This document shows positions 19,101 to 27,225 of a DNA stretch of 64,000 bases, piece after piece. Position 1 is the first letter of the stretch; the number at the start of each line of letters is the position of its first letter. Source of the stretch: Candidatus Omnitrophota bacterium. Lineage in GTDB: Bacteria > Omnitrophota > Gorgyraeia > JAHJTE01. The translations under genes were made by a program, and so were the position numbers. The notes under the pieces are model-generated. The model worked only from the letters and a program-made list of their open reading frames with translations. It was not told the origin of the DNA and ran no database searches. Location: contig JAHJTE010000004.1 in assembly GCA_018830005.1 (NCBI GenBank), forward strand, positions 16,792 to 80,791. The letters are read 5' to 3'.

Positions 19101-22085
19101 GAGATTTTGAGTAATAAATGAGTAGTCACCAAAAGAAACAACATAATCCCGTTTTTCTAGATAATCGCCGTTAAAATTAGCGGCAATTAAGGACGAAGGT
19201 GAAGTGCCTACTTGAACATCCTCTCCAATAGAGAAGGTTCCATTACCATTATTATTAAGTAGTATAGAGAGATTGTTGTCAGCGAAACTACCTACAGCGA
19301 GGTCGGGAAGTGTATCTCCATTGAAATCAGCAGTGACTATCGCCCCAGGATTGGTTCCTACAATAATATCAGTTTGGGCAGAGAAAGTCGTGCCATCACT
19401 GTCGTTAAGTAGTATAGAAACGTTATTATCATTCGCATTAACTACAGCGAGGTCGGGAAGTGTATCTCCATTGAAATCAGCAGTAGCTATCGCCCAAGGA
19501 CCCCCACCTACAAGAGTAGGATATGGGTAGGTTGAAAATGTACCATTACCATTTCCAAACAAAATAGAAACAGCATTATAGCTATACAAGTCGCGAGTGA
19601 TCGCAAGATCTGGAATAGCATCTCTATTAAAATCAGCTGAAGCTATTGAATAAGGATATAGACTAAAAGTTCCTATGTTCGAAAATGTACCATCGCCGTT
19701 ACTTAAAAAGGTACGTAGGTAATCCCCAGTGACTTCGGCAATGTCAAAAAGATTATCTCTATCAAAATCAGCTGTGGTTATTCCTCGAGCGCTATTTCCT
19801 ATGAATATATCAGGCTGTACTAAGAAGGTACCGTCTCCGTTACCAAGAAGAATAGAAGTATGGTTGTCGTTTACATTACCTACAGCGAGGTCGGGAAGGC
19901 TATCGCCATTGAAATCAGCAGTAGCCATTAAGATGGGGCTGACCCCTACGGGAACATCAGGCTGAACTGAGAATGTGCCATCGTCATTACCTAGAAAAAT
20001 AGAAAGATCATCATCGATGTAATTAGCCACAACAAGATCAGGAATAGTGTCTATATTAAAATCAGCAGTGGCTACTACCCGAGGTTGATTCCCCACAGTA
20101 ACATTAGGCTGAGCTAAGAAAGTACCGTCTCCATTACCAAAGAGAATAGAAATATTATCGTCATATGTATTAGCTACAGCGAGGTCTAAAATAGGACTCT
20201 GTTGAAAATTAAACACCATACTTGAACCATTGCCTTCAGTTAAAAGAATTGAACCATCAGCGTCAAAATGAAGTCTTTGTAAACCTTGTAAACTCCATCC
20301 AGCACCAAAAGGAGAATTTTGCTGATTGTTGACAATCAATTTTTCCTTGACTTCTTCGCTTAAAGGCACTGGCTCTATGGTAGGAACGCCTGTATCAGAA
20401 ATTGGATCTCCGGCAAAACGGTCTGTTGTCCAATAAGTTACATTAGTGTAATCATTAGAAACTTCTATAATATAAGGATAACTTCCCGTAGAAAGAGTCT
20501 GTCCTTGCGAATCTTTAGCATCCAAGAGATAAGCGTATCTAACTTCTCCCTCTACTCCTTGATAGGTTGCCTGGATTTGCCTATCGGCAATTTTTACTTT
20601 AAAGGTAGTAGTATCCGGGATATTAGTGGCCACTGGATCGAGGTCAGTTTCAATACAGATTAAACTTGAGGGTTGAGCAGTAAGTGAGTTATAGATTAGT
20701 TTTAGACTATCTTTCTTTCCTAATCTTATAATGCCAGCTAAGTCATGTTCAGTAGTAAAACTACCTGATTTCACCCCCACCCCTGGATCCCTAGCTTCTT
20801 CAAACTGTTTATCTATATCTTGAGTTCTATTTGCGATTAGTCTTGGACTTTTGTCTTTTGGTGGTGGCGGAGCTGGAAAATTCAAATCCCATGGAGAAAA
20901 ATGGTCAATTTCAAATTCAAGCCACTGACCATCACTTGAGACAGAACCCATAAGACCTGTATCTTCCCACTGGTGCGTTTCTTCATTGTAAACTCCTCCC
21001 GGAATTGGTGTTCCAGGAGCAAAACCTAAAGTGTTAGCCACTTTCATAGTAACTGGCTGCTGAAACGTAGTAACTTTCCTTCTGGTAGTTGTGGATTCAG
21101 CTTCTAGATTAAGGGCGTAGGTAAAGAAACTAGTTTCTGGTAATTCATCGGGCAATGCCTTTCCTTTCTGATATTTAGTAGAGTTTACATCTGCTGCTTC
21201 TGTTACTGCACCAGCTGGAAAAACAAGCTCTATTTCTCCAGTAGAATTAACATGTGTTCCGCCTTCAGGAAGAATAGTAGTTACTACTGGGTCTAACGGT
21301 GTGAGATAAACAGAGGTTACAGCTGAATGTCTGCTGGCTACTACTTCCACTGTTCTCTGAGCAGAGGTAAAGTCACCTTTACTAACATCAATGGTAACAG
21401 TCAGCTTACCTGATTCTGGGAAAAGTGACTGAAAAGAAAAGGAGAATTTTCCATCTATATCAGAGGTAGTACTTCCAACAAAGTCGGGTGAGGTAACTAC
21501 AGCATTAGCAAGAGGAGTTTCAGTATCTGCAGCATAGACTATACCGCTAATAAAGCTTGTAGGCTCTACAATCTCTATACTCTCTGTATCACTCCAACCA
21601 GTAGCAGCAATCGTATCGCAAGTTGTACCAGCATAAGCTTGATTTGCAGAAAAACGCTGTCTCAGCCAAGCAAATATCTTCTGTAAAAAGTCCGCTCCTT
21701 TAGTTATGCCCTGTGTAGCAGGAAGAGCAGCTTTGACGCGGTAATAATAAGTGCCGACAGTTCCTTTGTTAACAAAGAGTTGAGAAACATTCAAAGTATA
21801 GCTAACAGGGTTGCTAAACTGGGGGTTATCTGCTTCTTCTAGCTTATAGGCTTCAGCACAGTCTACATCAGTCCAATCTACTAGATAAGCTGCATCAAAA
21901 TTAGGATCTATGGGCTTGTTTAAATGAGGTGGTTGAGGCGTTGTTTCTGGAGGTAATTCTGGAATATCTTCAGTGGGAGGGGCATCTCCGCAAAAAGCAG
22001 GCTTAGTAAACAAGAAGCCGTGAGAAACAAAAAAGCCTAAAATCAAAATAACGACCAATAATGACTTAAAAACACAACTCTTCAT
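16140..22085 (-). CDS. secreted teneurin-like RHS/YD-repeat protein with FG-GAP propeller and variable C-terminal tip
   Basis: Signal-peptide-like N-terminus, FN3/carboxypeptidase-regulatory-like domains, GAGWSL..GNG motif, 7 FG-GAP repeats, YD repeats, RHS core YTGRELD..RARYYD..GRFLQEDP..PINFIDPFG; ATG 22085 is better spaced from GGAGG than 22091. Confidence 0.9.
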   Translation of the reverse strand: MKSCVFKSLLVVILILGFFVSHGFLFTKPAFCGDAPPTEDIPELPPETTPQPPHLNKPIDPNFDAAYLVDWTDVDCAEAYKLEEADNPQFSNPVSYTLNVSQLFVNKGTVGTYYYRVKAALPATQGITKGADFLQKIFAWLRQRFSANQAYAGTTCDTIAATGWSDTESIEIVEPTSFISGIVYAADTETPLANAVVTSPDFVGSTTSDIDGKFSFSFQSLFPESGKLTVTIDVSKGDFTSAQRTVEVVASRHSAVTSVYLTPLDPVVTTILPEGGTHVNSTGEIELVFPAGAVTEAADVNSTKYQKGKALPDELPETSFFTYALNLEAESTTTRRKVTTFQQPVTMKVANTLGFAPGTPIPGGVYNEETHQWEDTGLMGSVSSDGQWLEFEIDHFSPWDLNFPAPPPPKDKSPRLIANRTQDIDKQFEEARDPGVGVKSGSFTTEHDLAGIIRLGKKDSLKLIYNSLTAQPSSLICIETDLDPVATNIPDTTTFKVKIADRQIQATYQGVEGEVRYAYLLDAKDSQGQTLSTGSYPYIIEVSNDYTNVTYWTTDRFAGDPISDTGVPTIEPVPLSEEVKEKLIVNNQQNSPFGAGWSLQGLQRLHFDADGSILLTEGNGSSMVFNFQQSPILDLAVANTYDDNISILFGNGDGTFLAQPNVTVGNQPRVVATADFNIDTIPDLVVANYIDDDLSIFLGNDDGTFSVQPDVPVGVSPILMATADFNGDSLPDLAVGNVNDNHTSILLGNGDGTFLVQPDIFIGNSARGITTADFDRDNLFDIAEVTGDYLRTFLSNGDGTFSNIGTFSLYPYSIASADFNRDAIPDLAITRDLYSYNAVSILFGNGNGTFSTYPYPTLVGGGPWAIATADFNGDTLPDLAVVNANDNNVSILLNDSDGTTFSAQTDIIVGTNPGAIVTADFNGDTLPDLAVGSFADNNLSILLNNNGNGTFSIGEDVQVGTSPSSLIAANFNGDYLEKRDYVVSFGDYSFITQNLDGTYRRKLKDGTQINFNAHGLQTSIVDRNGNSTAYLYIDANSDGKEEELSKIVLPTGDTYQFIYSAEGKFKSITDPAGRIAQFIIDENNDLVQISNPDSTTKTFSYTNHLLTSETNERLFTTQYEYDSYGRVTRMLFPNTPQEIIQFFPSDVQGLINDLAPGVGTPDNPAPVVRPDDIVETIIDGKNYSTTSQTSKFGAYSQITDALNQTTIIARDVNDNPTKITRPNSSTVIMTYDWKGNLLTSTEDSISATTAFSYEPDFNQITSITDPENNTTNIDYDENGNPIQITDAQGNITKMEYNSRGLVTKIISGFGTAVENQTIFTYYTDTYNLKTTTDPEGNTTTFTYDSAGNILTIQDAENNTTTFEYDDINRLTKVTDPETNITQYQYDEAGNLKKIIDANLNETNFTYDEINQLKTITNPLGNTKTFSYDLNRNLETTADFNADTITFSYDDINRLSNKSGSGLNVTYDYDSVNNLTSVTTPDSSLSMIYDLASRIETSTTLDLGHQPGTIISYTYDKNSNRLTLTDPEYIVTKYVYDSLNRLIDITDALDQNLAHFNYDELSRRTGLNLANGTTSSYAYDLASRLVSLDSYSYTYDNAGNRLTMTDSDGTHNYTYDDIYRLTNASHPQPENPAENYAYDSVGNRNPTNYTYDDANRLLEDDEYTYSYDDNGNLTSKTNKSTLQITTYTYNLENQLIRINFPNLTSAQYTYDGLGRRIEKNVNGTITRYVYDNEDIIAEYDGINTLRAKYLHGPGIDEPLRVERGGGVYWYHVDGLGSITELTDSTGIVVPTYLYDSFGNIKAKTGSLINPYTYTGRELDLESGLYYYRARYYDAAIGRFLQEDPVSGIMISPQTLNLYPCVSNNPINFIDPFGFYRQRSWLDRFSYYYWQYNYPHYKFYIQGLTNAYYEFRDNMTKNFVYWQIVSQSPYLGAHATAKLAEAAVEESTVYTIKYSAHTVNYMGWNLIDYLRAVGKATFYPEIK
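19164..20190 (-). repeat. seven FG-GAP/VCBS-type repeats (~150-bp period) within the RHS gene
   Basis: Repeated ADFNGDxxPDLAV...SILLGNGDGTF; 43-nt identical DNA at 19292-19334 and 19442-19484. Confidence 0.9.
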
Positions 22086-22116
22086 TCTCATGCCTCCTTT
22101 AGAAAAACATAAAGGA

Positions 22117-23382
22117 TTATTTCAAAAACTTCCTTGGATCAGTTATTTTCCCTTCAATTACACTGGCTGCCACAGTTGCTGGCGAGGCAAGGTAAATATT
22201 GGCATTGGGATTACCCATCCTGCCTTTAAAATTACGGTTTGCTGTTGAAATAACGTTTTCCCCATCAGCAGGAACGCCATTGTGCGTTCCTACGCAGGGT
22301 CCACAACCAGCAGCAACGACAACAGCGCCAGCCTTAATAAATGTTTCAATCAGCCCTAATTTGAGTGCTTCCAGGTAAATACTGCTGCTTGCAGGCGCAA
22401 TGATAAATTTTACGCCTTTTGCTACAGATTTACCTTTTAGAATTTTTGCAGCAATTTTTAAATCGCTAAGTCTTCCGTTGGTACACGTACCAAGATAGCC
22501 TTCCTGAATTTGCTCGCCCTCTACTTCCTCAACCGATTTTGCATTATCTGGACTATGAGGCGTTGAAACTATAGGCGTTAGCCCTAATAAGTCTATCTCT
22601 TTTTCATCCACATAATGAGCATCTTTATCTGCAGTCTGTGGCTCTAATCTTTGCCTTGTTCGCCCCTTCAACCATTTATTAGTTACCTTATCAACTGGTA
22701 AAAACCCACATTTAGCACCTACCTCAACTGCCATATTTGCGATTGTGAATCTACCGTCCATATCTATCTTTGCCAGGGGCAAGCCGTAAAACTCAAGGGC
22801 TTTATATGTGGCACCATTTGCTCCTAACAAACCAGTTATATACAAAATTACGTCTTTAGCAAAGACACCTTTTGGAATTTTCCCTTTTAGGGTAATTTTA
22901 ATCGTCTCCGGAACCTTAAACCAATTCAAACCGCTGGCTAAAGTGACTGCTAAATCAGTCGAGCCAACTCCAGTTGCGAATACACCCAAGGCGCCGTATG
23001 TACAGGTATGCGAATCTGCACCAATCACAAGATTCCCAGGAAGAATCTTACCTTGTTCTGGAATAATCTGATGGCATACACCACAGCCTATTTCAAATAA
23101 AGTAACATTCTTTTCCTTAGCAAACGCTCGCATCCTGCTATGAACAGCTGAAACTCCAAGATTTGGAGCAGGGCTATTATGATCAATTACCATGCAGAAT
23201 TTTTCTTTGTCAAAGACCTCTTCTCTGCCAAGCTGTTTGAATCTATCAATGATTATACTGCTTGTTCCATCCTGGCCAAAACAAAAATCTACATTAGCCA
23301 GGACAAAATCACCAGCACAACAATCTTGGGAACTATGTTTAGAAAAAATCTTCTCAGCGATAGTCTTGGCTGTCTTACTCAT
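22117..23382 (-). CDS. leuC: LeuC/HacA-type [4Fe-4S] dehydratase large subunit
   Basis: GADSHTCT, GTCTNGR, CGPCVG, STANRNFKGRMG; substrate uncertain. Confidence 0.88.
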   Translation of the reverse strand: MSKTAKTIAEKIFSKHSSQDCCAGDFVLANVDFCFGQDGTSSIIIDRFKQLGREEVFDKEKFCMVIDHNSPAPNLGVSAVHSRMRAFAKEKNVTLFEIGCGVCHQIIPEQGKILPGNLVIGADSHTCTYGALGVFATGVGSTDLAVTLASGLNWFKVPETIKITLKGKIPKGVFAKDVILYITGLLGANGATYKALEFYGLPLAKIDMDGRFTIANMAVEVGAKCGFLPVDKVTNKWLKGRTRQRLEPQTADKDAHYVDEKEIDLLGLTPIVSTPHSPDNAKSVEEVEGEQIQEGYLGTCTNGRLSDLKIAAKILKGKSVAKGVKFIIAPASSSIYLEALKLGLIETFIKAGAVVVAAGCGPCVGTHNGVPADGENVISTANRNFKGRMGNPNANIYLASPATVAASVIEGKITDPRKFLK

Positions 23383-24547
23383 GGGAAAGTGACTCGATGA
23401 ATTTCTTTATTCGCCTGCAACCTTCTATTATTTCATCGTTATTCGTGGCAAAGCTTAAACGCACATGAGACTTTGATCCAAAACTCTCCGCCGGAATACA
23501 AGCAACAAACTCCTCATCAAGTAGCCTACTGGCAAATTCCATAGGTGCAATTTTTAAGCCTGAGATATTGACGAAGACATAAAAAGCACCCGCTGGCTTA
23601 AAGAAAGAAATCCCGGGGATCTCTCCCAGTTTTTGTGTCAGGCAATCTCTTCTTTTCGAAAATTCATTGATAAAAGGTAGGATTTCGCTATCTTTCATGG
23701 CCAAGGCAGAAACTGCTGCCTTTTGGCTTATTGAGGCAGGATTACTCGTAGAATGACTCTGCAGACTAGCAACGGCTGCTGCTATTTCCTTGGGTGCGCC
23801 TAAAAATCCAATTCTCCAGCCTGTCATCGAATAGGTCTTGGAGACGCCATTTATAGTAATCGTTTGTTTGTAGATTTCGTTATTTAATGAAGCAATTGAT
23901 GTGTGTTTTTGCCCGTCAAAAATTAATTTTTCATATATTTCATCACTCAATATGAAAGTCTTGTTTTTAGCTACAATTTCAGCAATCTGCATTAGCTCAG
24001 CCTCCGAATAAACAACTCCTGTTGGATTCGAAGGGCTATTTATGATTAAGGCCTTTGTCTTTTTATTGATTAATGACTCCAGTGCCTTTTGATCTATTTT
24101 AAAGCCTTGTTTTTGCTTTGTTTCGAGAACGACGGGTTTGCCACCGGCTAGCTTTATCATTTCAGGATAGCTCAACCAGTAGGGAGAGATAATTATGACT
24201 TCATCATGGGGATTAACAATTGCCTGTAGACTGTTGTAAAGGGAATGTTTTGCTCCTGAAGAAATGATAATTTCATCTAGGGAATATTCGAGATTGTTAT
24301 CTCTTTTGAATTTTTCTTGAACTGCTTTTTTTAGTTCTGGGGTACCGCTGGCAGGGGTATATTTTGTGAAACCGTCACGTATTGCCTGAATTGCAGCTTC
24401 TTTTATTTGTTCGGGTGTATCGAAGTCGGGTTCGCCGGCAGCAAAGTTGATTATGGGCCTGCCTTGCTTTTTTAGAAGCTTGGCTTTCGCAGTGATGGCT
24501 AAAGTCGAGGAGGGTTTAATTTCATTTAGCCTCTTGGCCTTTTCCAT
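23375..24547 (-). CDS. aspC: PLP-dependent class I aminotransferase (aspartate aminotransferase-like)
   Basis: GEPDFDTP, NSPSNPTG, SDEIY, SKTYSMTGWRIG. Confidence 0.88.
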   Translation of the reverse strand: MEKAKRLNEIKPSSTLAITAKAKLLKKQGRPIINFAAGEPDFDTPEQIKEAAIQAIRDGFTKYTPASGTPELKKAVQEKFKRDNNLEYSLDEIIISSGAKHSLYNSLQAIVNPHDEVIIISPYWLSYPEMIKLAGGKPVVLETKQKQGFKIDQKALESLINKKTKALIINSPSNPTGVVYSEAELMQIAEIVAKNKTFILSDEIYEKLIFDGQKHTSIASLNNEIYKQTITINGVSKTYSMTGWRIGFLGAPKEIAAAVASLQSHSTSNPASISQKAAVSALAMKDSEILPFINEFSKRRDCLTQKLGEIPGISFFKPAGAFYVFVNISGLKIAPMEFASRLLDEEFVACIPAESFGSKSHVRLSFATNNDEIIEGCRRIKKFIESLSHE

Positions 24548-24553
24548 AAGATT

Positions 24554-25156
24554 CTAAGGTTCTTGTTTTCGCCTGAAGATTTTACCTATACCACCAAAAA
24601 ACTTACCACCTTTCTTTTTATCTTTTGGTAGTTCTTTTACAGCTGGTGTTGGCTTCTGCTTTAGGGGTTTCTCCTCTTTTGCTGTTGGTGGTGCTTTTGG
24701 CTTTTCTTTTGGCGGCGTAACTTGTTTTGGGGCCTGCACCTTCTCTTGTGTTACTGCCTTTTCTTCTTTTTTTGCTTTGGGAGGTGATTTCTTTTCTGGC
24801 AAGCGCTTTATTAATTCAAAGATAACAAGATTAGCATTATCGCCTCTGCGTCTTGAAAGACGCAAGATACGCGTGTATCCACCATTTCTCTCTTTGAATA
24901 AAGGAGCGAATTCAATGAATAATTTCTTAACCAAAGCGTGGTCTTTTAATTTCTGAAAAACCCTCCTTCTGTTAGTCAAATTATCAACCCTAGCTAGAGA
25001 AATAATGCGTTCAACAGCAGGAGCGACAACCTTGGCCCTGGAATATGTCGTGGTTATTCGCTGATACTTAAAAATGGAGCGGCATTGATTAAGGATGAGT
25101 GATTTTCTCTCACCTTCAGTAAGGTTTAATCTTGTTCTCTTTTTGGCATGGCGCAT
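24554..25156 (-). CDS. rplQ: 50S ribosomal protein L17 with ~80-aa C-terminal extension
   Basis: MRH start, RNGGYTRI, RRGD; follows rpoA. Confidence 0.95.
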   Translation of the reverse strand: MRHAKKRTRLNLTEGERKSLILNQCRSIFKYQRITTTYSRAKVVAPAVERIISLARVDNLTNRRRVFQKLKDHALVKKLFIEFAPLFKERNGGYTRILRLSRRRGDNANLVIFELIKRLPEKKSPPKAKKEEKAVTQEKVQAPKQVTPPKEKPKAPPTAKEEKPLKQKPTPAVKELPKDKKKGGKFFGGIGKIFRRKQEP

Positions 25157-25160
25157 AATC

Positions 25161-26150
25161 TTATCCTTCCTTTTTCAATTTCTTGACATCGAACTGTATT
25201 CCAAAAGAAAGGCCCATGTCTTTGAGTATAGCTGATATTTCATTCAACGACTTTTTACCAAAATTTCTAAATGCGAGCATTTCTTGTTCAGTGCGTTTAA
25301 CAAGATCAGCAATTGTACCAATCTTAGCTTCTCGTAGACAGTTAGAGCTTCTTACCGAAAGCTCAAGCTCGGAAACAGGAAGTTTTAATTTATCATAAAG
25401 CGTTCTTTCTTCCTCTGTCATAGCCTCTTCCTCTTCTTCTTCAGGAAGCTGGCCAAAGTTTACAAAGACATCAAGATGCCTCTGCATAATATTTGCAGTG
25501 TAAAGAAGGGCATCTTTAGGTGAGACACTACCATTAGTCCAAATCTCTAGAACTAGTCGGTCATAGTCTGTTCTTTGGCCAACGCGAGTATTTTCAGCCC
25601 TGAAATTCACTTCCTTAACTGGCGTAAATATGGAATCAATAGCTATAACGCCAATGGTAGCACCTTCTTTCTTATTCTGTTCTGCTGGAACAAATCCCCT
25701 GCCACGGCCTACCTCTATCTCCATATTGAATTTGGTAGGTGCGGTTAATGTGACAATATGCTGTTCCGGATTTAAGACCTCAACAGTTTCGTCGGTAATT
25801 ATATCCTTTGCCTTAATATCGCCTTTTTTTGTAGCCTTGATATGAATAGTTTTTGATGTCTTTGAATGTGATCTCAGGATTAATGTTTTGATGTTTAGGA
25901 CTATCTCGGTTACATCTTCCTGGACGTGTGGAATTGTAGAGAACTCATGCATAACATTATTAATCTTAATGGAGGTAGCAGCGCTGCCTTCAATTGAGGA
26001 TAATAAAATTCTACGCAGGGCATTTCCCAGGGTTACTCCATAGCCTCGCTCAAATGGTTCAGCGACAAATTTTCCATATGTCGGTGTATAAGTGGCCTCG
26101 TCGCAATCAAGTCTCTTTGGCATCTGGAAATCTTTCCATTTACTTCCCAT
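25161..26150 (-). CDS. rpoA: RNA polymerase alpha subunit
   Basis: EPFERGYGVTLGNALRRILLSS; LSVRSSNCL; NFGKKSL. Confidence 0.98.
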   Translation of the reverse strand: MGSKWKDFQMPKRLDCDEATYTPTYGKFVAEPFERGYGVTLGNALRRILLSSIEGSAATSIKINNVMHEFSTIPHVQEDVTEIVLNIKTLILRSHSKTSKTIHIKATKKGDIKAKDIITDETVEVLNPEQHIVTLTAPTKFNMEIEVGRGRGFVPAEQNKKEGATIGVIAIDSIFTPVKEVNFRAENTRVGQRTDYDRLVLEIWTNGSVSPKDALLYTANIMQRHLDVFVNFGQLPEEEEEEAMTEEERTLYDKLKLPVSELELSVRSSNCLREAKIGTIADLVKRTEQEMLAFRNFGKKSLNEISAILKDMGLSFGIQFDVKKLKKEG

Positions 26151-26177
26151 TGTTCCTCCTTAAATGAAAAAGCTATA

Positions 26178-26813
26178 TTATTTTGAATACAACTCAACAA
26201 TTAGCTGTTCAGAAATTGGAAACTGGACATCGGACCTTTCGGGTAATTTTAAAATTTCTAAAGTCAACTTTTCATGATCTGCGCGCATCCATGCCGGAAC
26301 AGCACGCTCTTTGTTTGCCTCTAAGTTTTCCTTAATTAGGTTTGCGAGTTTACCCTTTGGTTTTATTGTGATCTTTGAATCAGGCTTAACAAGAAACGAT
26401 GGAATGGTTACTTTGCGACCATTTATTGAAATAAAGGCATGGCGAACAAACTGCCGGGCTTGATTTCGACTAGCAGCAATACAGGAGCGAAAGATAACGT
26501 TATCTATTCTTCTCTCCAATAACTGCAGCAGAACCTCACCTGTAGCACCGCTCTTTTTTGAAGCAATAACAAAATAGCGCCTGAACTGCTTTTCTAAAAT
26601 TCCGTAAATCCTTTTTACTTTCTGTTTTTCTCGTAACTGCATGCCGTAATTCGATAGCTTACTACGACTACGACGGCCTTGACCATGTTCACCCGGAGAA
26701 TAGCTCCTACGGGTAAATGCACACTTATCAGTAAGACAGCGCGAACCTTTTAAGAATAATTTTGTGCCTTCTCTTCTGCAAAGTCTGCACTTTGAACCAG
26801 TGTAACGCGCCAT
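26178..26813 (-). CDS. rpsD: 30S ribosomal protein S4
   Basis: MARYTGSKCRLCRREG; LREKQK; IVELYSK. Confidence 0.98.
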   Translation of the reverse strand: MARYTGSKCRLCRREGTKLFLKGSRCLTDKCAFTRRSYSPGEHGQGRRSRSKLSNYGMQLREKQKVKRIYGILEKQFRRYFVIASKKSGATGEVLLQLLERRIDNVIFRSCIAASRNQARQFVRHAFISINGRKVTIPSFLVKPDSKITIKPKGKLANLIKENLEANKERAVPAWMRADHEKLTLEILKLPERSDVQFPISEQLIVELYSK

Positions 26814-26815
26814 AT

Positions 26816-27208
26816 CTATACTCTCCTTCGCTTTTTAGGGCGACATCCATTATGGGGAATAGGAGTTATATCTCGGATTGCCGTAACTGTCAGGCCTGTA
26901 GCTTGCAATGCCCTAATTGCTGATTCCCTACCAGAACCTGCGCCTCTAACGCAAACAACAACCTCTCTAAGCCCTAATTCCTTTGCCTTCTTGGCTGCAT
27001 CTTGAGCAGCGATCTGAGCTGCAAATGGCGTTGATTTTTTGGAACCACTGAAACCAACAACGCCGGGCGAAGACCAGGAAATCACATTTCCGCTCTTGTC
27101 AGTAATGGAAATAAGCGTGTTATTGAATGTTGCCTGAATAAATACCAAACCGCTGGTCACACCTAATAATTTCTTCTTTTTACCTTTTTCCTTTTTTATT
27201 GCCATCAT
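26816..27208 (-). CDS. rpsK: 30S ribosomal protein S11
   Basis: [23 protein letters not shown]. Confidence 0.98.
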   Translation of the reverse strand: MMAIKKEKGKKKKLLGVTSGLVFIQATFNNTLISITDKSGNVISWSSPGVVGFSGSKKSTPFAAQIAAQDAAKKAKELGLREVVVCVRGAGSGRESAIRALQATGLTVTAIRDITPIPHNGCRPKKRRRV

Positions 27209-27225
27209 CTTCTCCTAGAAAGTAT

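Noticed and set aside
19164-20190. CRISPR-like or non-coding repeat array
   Set aside because: The repeats are in-frame, degenerate, protein-coding FG-GAP blades; no cas genes are present
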